Shown here piece by piece: positions 28,181-39,772 of a DNA stretch of 64,000 nt. A program made the translations under genes and the position numbers. The stretch is taken from NCBI RefSeq assembly GCF_036321535.1, contig NC_087437.1:84694001-84758000 (forward strand), in the 5' to 3' direction. Numbering within the stretch: position 1 is the stretch's first letter; the number at the start of each line of letters is the position of its first letter. The notes under the pieces are model-generated. The model did not search any database and was not told the DNA's origin. It saw nothing but the letters and a program-made list of their open reading frames with translations. Source of the stretch: Camelus dromedarius (lineage: Eukaryota).

Positions 28181-29556
28181 TTTCCTTTACATATATTTTT
28201 ACACGAAAAAAGAAAACTTAAAAGGTAGATCCTTTTTGTTATTTCTGGTACTATAATCAGCTTCTGGGTGGAAGCAGTAGCTGCCATTTGAATAAATCAT
28301 AAACTTTCCTGTAGAATATTATCTTAAATAGCCCTCTTGTAAAGTGACTCTTGCTATTACTCATTTGTTCTAATTAAATGATGTGAAGACAATCCCGAAT
28401 CTCTTATAAAAAAACACTATTATAATTAGATTTCTAGTTCTCTTTGTGCCTCTATAAAGATCTTTTATATTCCCCTCTCCCATCTTAATTCTCTCTTTTA
28501 CTAGAGCTGTTATGTTTCTGTGTCTTTGACATATGTTTAATGATTATAGCTTCAGCATTTCTGAGCTGAATAATGAAGCTTCATCAGGTAACTGCTACCA
28601 GTAACATATGTTTTATCCCTATGAAGAATGCTGTTCACCCGACTTTACATTCCAATATGATATAATTTTGTAAATCAAATCAGGTGCAAATAATGTACTT
28701 TAGAATGGAATATCTCATTTTAAAAGGAGAGTAGTTATTTGTATGTGGAGTTTTGATTAACTAAGTGATTTATATCAGTATTTTAATATCTATAGTAGTT
28801 GCTTGGTTTTTGTTTGATTGCCACTAAATCATTGCCTTTTTCATCAATTCAACATTTCTAATAGGTCCTATTAATACATAGGTTCATAGAAATTAAGCAT
28901 TTTTAATTAAGTTGTTTACCTCATACCACAAAGGATGGTGTGTTCCTTCATTCCCATTACTATGCATTTTTCAAAGTATTAAACTTTCGTAACTTGTGGA
29001 TCTTCTTTCATAGATTGAAAATTTGATTTTTATTTGCATTTTATATATATATATATATGAAAGTGTGTTCTTTTCTCTGTCTTTGAGATAGAGAAAACAA
29101 AAAATAATAACAAAACAAAATTAACCAAAAATTTATTTGTCATTAGTAGGGCAGTGATATATATGGCCAGTTAGCTAAGCATTCAGATTTATCTATGAAG
29201 TATGATATTAAAATAAGCCTTCAAAAAATAAAATTGTGAGTTTGTAGCCAATTGTGAGCTATCGCAAATCTGTCAAAATAAACACATACTGTGAAGCACT
29301 GTGATTATGTATGCACCTAAAATTTATGAACAGATATTAATTAATATACAGGTGTTTATATATCTTGTTAGTCTGTAGAAAGCTTTCTGCATGGTTTCCT
29401 TACAATCCCCTCTACCACCTGATAGAAATTAATTGTACACAGTGTTCAGAATGTTCTTAAAAGAATGTAAGTCAGACAGATTATGAAATTCCCTTGCTGG
29501 AAGCCCTTCAATAATTTACTCTCATGCTAAGAATAAAATAAAAACTCCTTAGCCAG

Positions 29557-29930
29557 TGTATTAATATGCTAGGGCTTCTATACAACAAAGTACCATACTG
29601 GGTGGCTTAAACTGTCATTTATTTTCTCACAGCTCTGGAGGCTTGGGCCTGAGGTCAAGGTGCAGGAGGATTGGTTTCTTCCCGAGGCTCTCTCCTTGGT
29701 TTGTGTGTGGCCTTCTTTATGTTCACATGGTGTTCTCCCTCTGTGTGTCTGTGTCCTAATTTCCTCTTCTTTTAGAGATATCAGTCATATTGGATTAGTC
29801 AACCCTAGTGACCTCATTTTAACATTATTATCTCTTTGAAGACCCTATCTTCAAATACAGTCACATTCCAAGTTATTGGGGTTAAGACTTCGACATAGGA
29901 ATTTGGGGGAACACAGTTCAGCCAATAATA
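29557..29930 (-). mobile_element. MaLR solo LTR (MLT1A-like) with 5-bp TSD
   Basis: tgtattaatatgctagggc...ctgggtggcttaaac...tttctcacagctctggaggc...gggggaacacagttcagccaataata; TSD GCCAG at 29552-29556 and 29931-29935. Confidence 0.9.
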
Positions 29931-29987
29931 GCCAGGGCAAAGAAGTCTGCACCACCTAACTAGGCTCTCCCTGGGTATCTTTGTCTG

Positions 29988-30400
29988 TGTCAAAAGAAAA
30001 TTCAGAGTGCTTTCCTTGAAATGAACATTTTATTGAGTGAGAAGCAAACTTTTCATGAACTGGGAGGCTTCAAACATGAACCTGCTATAAAATTCAGAGG
30101 CATAATCTTACCGATGACTTAGTACACATGAGGAAGTTCTTTAACCTGTATAGTCACTGGTTGTTACAATGGAGATTTCCAAGTGGCAGAGGATTGGTTA
30201 AAAGTGATTATTTTATACTGTTTTAGAAAAGTGACTTTAGTTTATTTCATGATTATTAGAGGCATTTACAAAAAATAACACAATTTATGTTTTGCTTATA
30301 TTTATGAAAAAGGTAAACTAAATTTTGTTCGTGTGGCTTAAATGGTTTTGTCTTCCTGAGAGATCTTCAAGCCTAGTTTCCGTATTATTTTATTTTAACA
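29988..30400 (-). mobile_element. ERV1-type solo LTR
   Basis: TG...CA termini (tgtcaaaag...ttttaaca); ttttatt (AATAAA on minus) near 30030; near-TSD tctg/tctc; interrupts the L2. Confidence 0.55.
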
Positions 30401-33039
30401 TCTCCCACTGACTCTGGTCCAGACACAGACATCCTAGGCTTTTTATTTTATTTTTTTCGTTTTTCTATTCAAGCCATTTCCTACCTTGACAACATTTCTT
30501 CTGCATTAAAAGCTCTTCAGTGTGATTTTAATTTTGCAGGATTTGCTCCCTTCTCAAAATTTCAATTTAAATGTCACCTCCTAAGGTAGATTTTCCATAA
30601 AAAGAGCAAAGGTAGAAATTGTTCTCTAACATAATGTTACCTAAATTTTCCCAGTAACCCTTTTTATTACCTGATATTTTCTTTTCAAATTGTATGTCAA
30701 GTTTACTCCTGTCAATTGAATATAAGGATAGAGGGGGAAAGACAATGAAAAAAGAGAGATGTGAGGCTTCTTTTTCTTACATTTATTGAATTCCCAGTGA
30801 GGAGAAAAAATCCTTGGTACATAGATAGTGAGTATCTATTTGCTTTATGAGTTGGATGACTACATGAAAGGATCAAAATAATTAAAATGGGTCACCCTGT
30901 CTAGTACAGGGTAAAAGTTCTGTTGAAAATTACTTATTTCTTTTATTTTAATAAATAATCATCAATTTACAGAATAGGCATGACACAGTGTCTGATAAAT
31001 AGTCAAAATTTTATATAGTGTGACATTAAAAAAAAACATTCACTAGAATTACAACTGTGTCTTCATGAATTAGGTTGGTCAGGTGTTGTTTCTTCCATTT
31101 AAAAACCGTCAACCAGTACTAATAGTGTAGGATGTAGACTAGGTAGGAAAGAGTACCTATAACATGATAGAAGTTGGTGTGAAGTTCTTGGGAGGAAAAA
31201 GAACGCTAACATTCCTCAGTACTTACTAATCTGTTTAATGTGTGTAGGATTTTCCCCTCTGCTCTGTGAGTACAATGACAATTGAGACACATCTCCAACC
31301 CTCAAATTCCTGACACTGGAAGCACTTTATGAGCCAAGACAGGTTTATCTTTAAAAGAGGGAACTGGAAACACACTTCTATGAGATGATAAGAAGTAATT
31401 CTTCTTACAGCAAATACCAGGCAGACTTTTTGGTGACTCTTTTGTTTCCTGGATACCTTCAATGTGTATTCCATGGTTCTAGCTTACGCAGTGTTGAGCT
31501 GGTCATGGGTAAAGCTTGTAAGGCCTGCAATGACATATTGTTAGGATACTAATTTTGAATATTTAAAAAATAGGTAAACTTCTTCAGTTATTAAAAAGTG
31601 TAAATATCCTCAGAATGTTAAAAGTTATCTTTTATATAGATACTGGTAACTATATATTTCTGTCATTTTGTTTATGTCTTTCACTAACAAAAAAATTCTC
31701 CATTCTATAAAGCTAGATAAATTTGAGTGTTATCTTTAATTAATCCTTCTCCCTACTTAGTAACTTCTCCTTAAGTAAGGAGCAGGAACATATGCAAACT
31801 AGGTCTTAGTTCTATAGCTAAAGATATATTCACTTAAATTTTAATCCCAAAATGTGTGTCTGTGGTATCCACAGTTCATTGAAACCTGGAGGTCTAAGTT
31901 ACTTAAGCAACTATTTTCATGTGATTTTGTTAAATCAAGAAACTATTAATTTTCCGTAAATACATTCTTGACAAATATGTATTTTGAATTTGAAAGAAAT
32001 ATAATCTCAAGCTTTAAATTTGTTTTAGTATTCATACCCAAGCGTAAACTTACATACTGGTGTTTAGCTTTCACATTCAGTATTTATTGAGTCTACTGAT
32101 TCACAAAAGATTTCTTAAGACACTGATTTATTATCATGAGTATCACTGATGATATTATTTTAATACCAGATATTACAATTTCAAAATGAACAATCTCTAT
32201 CTTTGCTTGAATCAGCATACTCCATAAAATCACAATCTAATAAGTCTAGTTAATGATTTTATTTTATTCCTCGATTCTGTTTAGTAACACTTGTCCCATG
32301 ATTTCACTAACTTCTCAAGCGTAAAGTGGATTTCTAACTCAAAAATTTTTATGTGTGTATTAATCATCCATGATTGTCACTATTTTCAGTAACAGTTTCC
32401 CTTAAGATGTTCCTACTATAGTTGACAATGCTTAACAACAATAACAACAACAAAACATTGCCAACATAACAGTGCTGTCTCCATCTAGGGTTAGATTTCA
32501 GCCACGATGGAAAGATTATAGTCTGTGTGAACAACTGAATAGCAAACAAACTTGGAAAGTTAAATAACAAATTATTAAAACGTACATTAAGAAGATCAAC
32601 ATCTTTAAAACATGTATAAGATGATGGCTACTCTGATTTAAATAAATGATTTAAAATATTACCTAGTAAACTAGAAATGTCCTTTTAGACTAAGAAGAAT
32701 TGGAAATGCAAAGCAATCCTTAACATTAATTCTATTTTTCATTGTAAATAACACACTGGAAAGTGATATCTGCTGATGTCAGAAGACTATAAAAAGGAAG
32801 TTTAGATAAATACAGCAAGACAGCTGGCTTGTCACCAGGACAGGGATTCATCACTTTATCTCAATTGAGTCCTTGTGGGCCATAGTCTGTGATTCATCTT
32901 TACAGGTCCATGAAATCAAAGAGAGTTAAGCTTAGAGTATTATGAATGCAATAGCAATAATGATATGGTAATAATAGAACCTACTGTGGAACAATTTCAT
33001 GATAAACAAACTTGCTCACAAAATGGTGCATGCAAGAAT

Positions 33040-34187
33040 TTCTACCGAGATACAGTAAAAATGACTGGATTTGTCCTCACAAGTGCAACAATTAAAAATG
33101 GAGTAAAATATATAAAACATTAAAAATGACATCGTAACTGTATTCCACTTGTTCAAAAATCTAAATGAAAACTTGAATGTGTTAAGTAGAAATATGTAAG
33201 ATATTAAAACAATCCATAAAATATTTTAGAAATGAAAATGGTATATTAAATATTACAAAATAAAACATTAGTGATCTTAAAGATCTATTAATAGAAATGA
33301 CCCAAAATGAAACATTAATAGCAAAAACCCACTAAAAATTAATAAAGAAATAATCAGTGAGAAATGGAATAATTGTAAGCAGCTTAATATATGTGCAAAT
33401 TGAGTCTGCAACTGTAGGAGAGAAGTTGAGATGAATAAATACTTGAAGAAATAACTGTAAAATTTTCCAAATGTTTTGCAAACTCTAAAACACAAATTCA
33501 AGAAGCTTTATGAAACTTAATCCCTAGAAATGTGAATGAAATTACGCCAAGGCCTATGACATTTAAATCACTCAAAATCATGGATAAAAAGAAAACTTTA
33601 AAAGAAGCCAGAGAAAAAGATCATGTTATACCCACAGGACAAACGATAATGATGATTTTAGATTTTTTTTGTGAGAGACAGTGAAAGCAGCAAGAGAGTG
33701 GAGCAATATTTTTAAATCTGAAAAAGGAAGACCAACTGCCAAGTTGAAATTTGGTAACCAGCATAAAAAATTTCAAAACTCAAGACAGATCTGAGCCTCT
33801 TTCAGACATGCATAAACTGAAAGACTTCATCACCAACAGACCTACACTACAAGAAATGTTAAATAATATCCTTCAAACTGAAGAAATATGATGATATCAA
33901 AGAGGAATACAAAATAACACAAAGAAATGAAGAGAACCAGAATTTGTAACCATGTGGATAAACACATGATTGTTTTTCTTATGTTTAACTACTTTACATA
34001 TATTTGACTATGTAACTAATAATATAAATGCAGTATGGGTTTGTAGAAACGTAGAGGTAAAATTTATAACAATTGCATAAAGGCTGGATGGTAAATAATG
34101 GAAGTAAACTATTGTAAGGATTTTATACACTTATGAAGTGGTGTGTTATCATTTGAACATAGACTGTGATAAATTAAAGATGTATAC
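33040..34187 (+). mobile_element. Old L1M 5'/ORF1-region fragment
   Basis: gaagaaataactgtaaaattttccaaatg; aaaagaagccagagaaaaa; gtggagcaatatttttaaa; cttcatcaccaacagacctacactacaagaaatgttaaa are L1 ORF1 motifs. Confidence 0.75.
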
Positions 34188-34217
34188 TGTATTACTGAGG
34201 GTTCTCCAGAGAAACAG

Positions 34218-34805
34218 TCTGAGCTATTGAGATTTAGGTGACCCTTGAGACTTTGAATTGATGTTATAATGAATTGAGACTTTTGGGGATGTTAGATAGG
34301 ATAAATGTATTTTGCATGTGGGATGGACGTGATGTGGGGGGAGTCAATAGGTATACTGTGGTAGGCAGAATAATGGCTTCAAGAATAAATTCATGGCTGA
34401 ATCTTAAAAATCTGTGAATTTATTACCTTGTAAGGAAAGAGACACTTTGCAGATGTGATTAAGTTAAGAGTCAATACGGGGAGATCATACTGAATTATTT
34501 GGGTGTACCCAATGCAATCAAGAGTCCTGGTAAGAGGGAGGCAGGAGTCAGAGAGGAGGAAGATTTGAAGATACCATGCTGTTAGATTTAAGGATGGGAG
34601 ATGGGGCCACAAGCCAAAGATTCCGGGCAGCCTGTAGCGGAGAGAAAAATCAAGGAACTCATTTCTCACCTTAGAAACTTCAGAGGGAATGTGGCCCTTT
34701 TAACAACTTTGATTTTAGACAGAACATTTTAGACTTTTGAACTTCAGAACTCTTGAAATATAGAAGAACATTTTTTGTTCGTATGTTTTAGGCCACTAAG
34801 TTTCC
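34218..34805 (+). mobile_element. MaLR internal 3' end (34218-34356) + MLT1D-like LTR (34357-34805)
   Basis: ttgagacttttggggatgtt...gtattttgcatgtgggatggacgtg...ggggg (MLT-int end/PPT), then tgtggtaggcagaataatggc...gcagatgtgattaagttaag...ggccactaagttt. Confidence 0.85.
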
Positions 34806-34857
34806 CAAAGTGTGTATAAGAAAAACTTACTCTGTAACACTTCGAAGTCTTTAAAGA

Positions 34858-34920
34858 CTTCTCTCTCTCTTTCTCTATTTCTCTCTCTCCCTCTCTCTCT
34901 GTCTCTCTCTCTCTTTCTCA
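34858..34920. repeat. (CT)n imperfect microsatellite
   Basis: ctctctctctttctctatttctctctctccctctctctctgtctctctctctctttctc. Confidence 0.9.
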
Positions 34921-37519
34921 CTTTCAATCATCTAGGTTTGAAAAGGTCTAAGAAGGTGATTTGCTACGGGACTTGTCCTTACCTTTAATGTTTATTATAT
35001 TTTGGGAATCTCTCAGAGTTATGATACACATCTTGTTTAAAATTATTCAACTAAGAAATACTTTTTTTGTTTTTCTCTCCATCATGTCTTTTGCAATTAT
35101 CTAAGAAATATACATTGTAATATATTCCTAATTTTCAGTGATGGTATGACTATTTTTCTACAACATTTCATAAGTGAGATCTAAATGGTATCAGATAAAA
35201 ATAGAGCCTGCCATTTCTTCTTATCTATATTTTCACCAATTATTTTGAATAATGGATATTGCAATAGCTTGTGGTATCTAATATCAAAAAGTTTGAAAGA
35301 ATTTTTTTCATTACATTATTCAACTGAAATTGTTACTCAAGTATAAGCAAAAGGAGGCTTTCCTTCTTATTATAACTTTTCAATGTATAATCAATTGACT
35401 TTAGAACTGTCTAATGTGTTATTTAGAGTGAATATCTCACTGTATTGTTAATCTGAACTTGATTATTTTTTATTATTTGTATGCTATTATAAGATAATCT
35501 GTTATATTTTTTTCAAGGGTCAGATTAAAATGAAATGTGACATACAGAATAATGCTCAATTAGTGTAATTTAATTTAAAATTAATTAAATCAATTTAATG
35601 TTTTCAACCTTATATACATATTTATACATAGCAGAGACACAATTGTAGAACAAAAAGACTATTTTGGAAAAAATGCCTCTTTTACTTATTTGATATAATT
35701 AAGTAAAGAGTCATCTAATTGTGCTATTTTTGTTATCAAGTCAATTATATATTGAATAGAATGAATTATTCATGTGCTTTTTCACGGTACTTTGGGATGC
35801 AAAAGTTTTTCATTCATTACAGTTTTTAATATTTGCAAGGGAAAAAAGTCTATTGAAAAGAATGTACCATTTGGGTCTTTCTTATTGTAAATAAGCATTA
35901 ACACCAAAATGCGTGAAAATGTGAAAACAGTACTTGTTTCTTGCACTGGTAAATTTTGCGCCAACTTCCAGGGTATCAGAAGCGTAGATTGCTTTAATGA
36001 TTAGTAGCGGATATAAAAGTTATTATTCTCCTGACAAAAAAAAAAAAAGTATATCATTTTTCTAATGCCTGCTCTAAGTATTATATGTAATGTATTTACT
36101 CATTCGTGTCCAGTGCCATCTACATGCAAGGTATTCTCTCTGATGTTTTAAGAATAGTAACTCAATTGATAATTTTATTACAAATATATAAAGCAGATTT
36201 TTTTCTCGTTCAAGTGGATGTATTAAAAATCTGGCCTATCCTAAATAGTCAACAATTCTCTTGGAATTTTTTTATCCATCGTTTTTGTTCAACCATTCAT
36301 AACTCACTGTTCCCCCTGCCCCAACCAGCATTTTGTAACATTTCCAGCTTGTATTAAAATTTAATTTTTACATATTTATTTTGTCTAACCAACTAGATAT
36401 TAAGCTAGATATTAAATTACTTTAGCATAAAGCTTAGCCATTCTGTGTTTGTGTCCCTGCAATGGCTTTAGCTAAGTAACATAGATACATTTGGTGCAAG
36501 TTAAGCATTCATTAATCTAATTTTCCAAGTCCAGTGATCACCATTCATTTCTATTTTAGCTTTATTTTCCTTTGTTTTTGCTGAGTAGTCCATATTTCTA
36601 AAACTGGGGAATGAGAACCCCCCCGAGAGGTGCATGTCAGGGTGGGTTTAACATGCTGAGCCACAAAATAAATATGGTCCAGTATTAGTTTTATATGAAA
36701 GTTTAAGGAAAATTCTAAAATATTAGTAAAATTGTTTTCATATTTAAACAAATATGCACATAATTTTGGATAGAATACAACTCAAGAAATATTACACTTA
36801 TAATTGATCATCTTCAGACTTCATCAGTAGCCACTCAAATTCTTACCAACACAATCCTCTATAAGAGCACTCCACACTGTGGAACTTTCTCTCTTACTGT
36901 TTAACATAACCTACTGGTTCTGTTGCTTTCACACTCTTTTTTGGGGGGAACAATTTAAGTTATCCATCTATTTTCCTTCACTATCTCTACCTATTTACCT
37001 ATTTATTTTTCTTTCTCTCTCTCTAAATTAAGCCTCACTAGTGAAGCCCTTTTTGAGAGAAGTGAGTTTCAGTATTGTATTTTAAATTACAGGCGACTTT
37101 GGTCTTGTAACACAGCATACCATGCTGTGTGTCATCTTGGGTCAGGACCTTTATGGGGAAAGGCTATTTTCTGGAGGAAAAGAAACAACAATTTTTCTTG
37201 TTGATATGAAATGAACTTTTCACAGTATGAGATACGTGATGTAAAATTTCAAGAGCACTGTTTCACACTTTAAAATCATATGTGAAAGTAAGAGTAAGAA
37301 ATGTGATTTCAATTTTCATTCTCCTATAAAAATGATTGAGAATGGAAAAAAATTTTAATGGGCAGGTCAATATTTTCTAATTCTTTTAAAGACAAAACTT
37401 ATAGTATTGAGAAGACTTAGAGTTCTACAAACTAATTTTCATTCACTAAATATGCTCCTTTTATATAAGCCCCAATTAAGCAGACAGAACATTTCATAGC
37501 TAAGTTGTAGAAAAACTTA

Positions 37520-38150
37520 CTGAATAATATCCAGAATGTTCTTTTTTTGCTGTATAAAAAATAATGGATTTGACTACACACAAATTAAGGAATTTGTTTA
37601 CAAAGAAATTGTAGACAAGTGGCATTACTGGAGAAAATTCTTGCAGTATGTAAAAGAAACAAGAGGATAACAGTATTCCAAGAAATTCTTTAAAATCAGA
37701 AAAAGTTAGAAAACCCAGGAGAAATATAATGTGTGATTCAACACACAATTCACTGAAGGGGACATCTGATGTGCAAGTAATTGTCATAGAGATGCTCAAA
37801 CTCACTAGCAGTCAGAGATGCTCAAATTAAAATAATAAAGAAATGCTAATTATAAAAATCAGTATGGTGAAAATTAAATAATGAAAGTTTGGTTAGGAGA
37901 TGGGAAATAGAAATTCATCTTAGAGAAGAACACAGGTACAGCTATTTTGGAAAGAAATCCGGCACTGTTTATTAACATACTTATCTTGTGATCTCAATAT
38001 TAGACTATACAGCAGTGAAATTTATATACACGTATTTTACAGAGCATGTGTTTAGAAATAAGAAGACAGGGAGAAGTTAAGAGACCATTGTTTGAGAACA
38101 GATAAGTAAAATATAATAGATATTCCCATAGAATATCTATGGGATATAGA
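37520..38150 (+). mobile_element. Old L1ME-like ORF2 3' fragment
   Basis: gagatgctcaaactcactagcagtcagagatg; ggtacagctattttggaaagaaat; degenerate L1 ORF2 end. Confidence 0.6.
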
Positions 38151-38160
38151 TATTTAATGC

Positions 38161-38282
38161 TTGTATTAATTACAAATTATAAAAATCAGTATGGTGAAAA
38201 TTAAATAATGAAAGTTTGGTTAAACATTAACATTAACATTTGTAATTAATAATTTGTAATTAAACATTTGTAATTAATACAA
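38161..38282. repeat. Complex templated insertion: 48-bp copy of 37848-37895 within 17-bp inverted repeats, plus short serial repeats
   Basis: 38175-38222 is identical to 37848-37895; 38161-38177 is the reverse complement of 38266-38282. Confidence 0.9.
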
Positions 38283-38286
38283 CATA

Positions 38287-38780
38287 TGTTACTGGCCAGG
38301 GTTCTTGGACTCCCCAGTCAATAGAAATTGATAAGAGGCAAGATGAAAAATTTAGACAAGCTTTATTGGGACTCAGGCTACAGCATGAGGAAGTGAAAAC
38401 AAGTAATGGGTTCTCTTGCTCACTCCCTGAGGGGGGCCAAACTGATCTCTTAAAAAGGTGAGGATAGGGGTGGGTCCAGGGGTTGGACTGGCGGGGTGGC
38501 TTAGGTGGTCTGTCCACCCCCTTGGTGGTGCTATGTGCAGGGATCATGTGCAGAACCCTGCTTTTGCTCCAACACTTCAGAAATAGTTGGTTTTTTGGTC
38601 TTTTTGTAGCTTGTTGCCCATGCATGCATGTAGTTATTTTTAGTCCCTTACAGTTCCTTGTATTCTGTTGCTGGAGGAGGCATTTGTTCTGGTGTAAGCA
38701 CTGCAAGCCAGGGTCCCAGGTCCCTGCCTGTGCAAGCACTGCAGCAAAGGGTCCCAGGTCCTAGGTGCCAGCCTGTCTCA
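38287..38780 (-). mobile_element. ERV1 solo LTR (cetartiodactyl type)
   Basis: TG...CA termini (minus strand TGAGACAGGCTGG...CCAGTAACA); AATAAA on minus near 38362; GC-richer than flanks; near 4-bp TSD cata/catg. Confidence 0.85.
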
Positions 38781-38819
38781 CATGGGCATATTTCAAAAGC
38801 ATAGTATTCAATACCAAGT

Positions 38820-39620
38820 ATAATGGTAGAGGGACTGTTATCTCTCATATAGCAATGGTAGGAATGTAAAATAGTACAGTCACCCTGGAAAATTTTGGTG
38901 GTTTCTTATGATGTTAAAACTATACTTGCCATACTGCACAGCAATTACACTGTAAATATTTTTCCTAAAAAAATGAAAACCTATGTTTAACATAAGTCTG
39001 CACATAAAATGTTCATAGCTATATTATCCCTAATAGTCAAAAAAAAGGAACACACATTTCTGCTACAGGTAAATAGACAAACTGTGACATATGCATATAG
39101 TAGAATAGAACTCAGCAATAAAAAGGAACAAAATACTGATTCACTCAACATTGTAAAACTCGAGGGAATCATATTGAACAAAAATACCAATCAGAAAAGG
39201 TTGTGTATTGTTCGGTTCTTTTTATATAGCTTTCTCAATGTGACATGATCATAGTAACAGAGAACAGAAAATGTTTGACGGAACTTAAGTTGGGGAAGGA
39301 TGTGACTATTAGAGGGTAGCCAAAGGAGTTTACTTGTAAGTATTAAACAGTTTTGTAATCTGACTGTGGTTGCATTAATCTATACATGTGATGAAATTTC
39401 ATATAACTATATAGAAAAGAATGATTGCAGGTAAACTTCATAAAATCTAATAAGGTGCCTAGTACTGGTAATAGTTTTTAAAATGTCAAAAAACTGGTTT
39501 TAATAATGTAATTTCTTAAGATGATACCATTAGGGAAGGTAGATAAAGGATACAAACAAACTCTCTGTAATATTTTTGCAATTTCTATTGAATCTGAAGT
39601 TATTTTAAAATAAAGAAAAT
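38820..39620 (+). mobile_element. Old L1M (MB/MC/ME-like) 3' end
   Basis: ggtaggaatgtaaaatagtacagtcaccctggaaaa; aatgttcatagctatattat; actcagcaataaaaagg; ends gaatctgaagttattttaaaataaa. Confidence 0.8.
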
Positions 39621-39683
39621 ACAATTAATAGTACTAAATTAAATTTATAAATTGCTTTTAGGAGAACTGATGTATTTATATTA

Positions 39684-39772
39684 TAGTTGACCTTTGAACA
39701 AAGTGGGTTTGAACTGTGTGGGTTCACTTATAAAGGAATATTTTTTCAGTAGTAAATGGTATACTTCTACAC
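39684..39772 (+). mobile_element. Tigger2-family 5' fragment
   Basis: tagttgacctttgaacaaagtgggtttgaactgtgtgggttcacttata matches the Tigger2 TIR/5' end and resembles 14013-14070. Confidence 0.7.

Larger units (their letters stand above)
29440..30860 (+). mobile_element. L2 3' fragment, interrupted by two LTRs
   Basis: aatgtaagtcagac...cccttcaat...aataaaataaaaactcctt; ttaaatgtcacctcc; ttggtacatagatagtgagtatctatttg typical L2 3' motifs. Confidence 0.65.

Noticed and set aside
31411..31508. Possible 98-nt exon (ttcttcttacag ... ATGG|gtaaag) with one open frame
   Set aside because: The peptide is not recognisable, the donor is mediocre and there are no partner exons; such matches are expected by chance in 64 kb.
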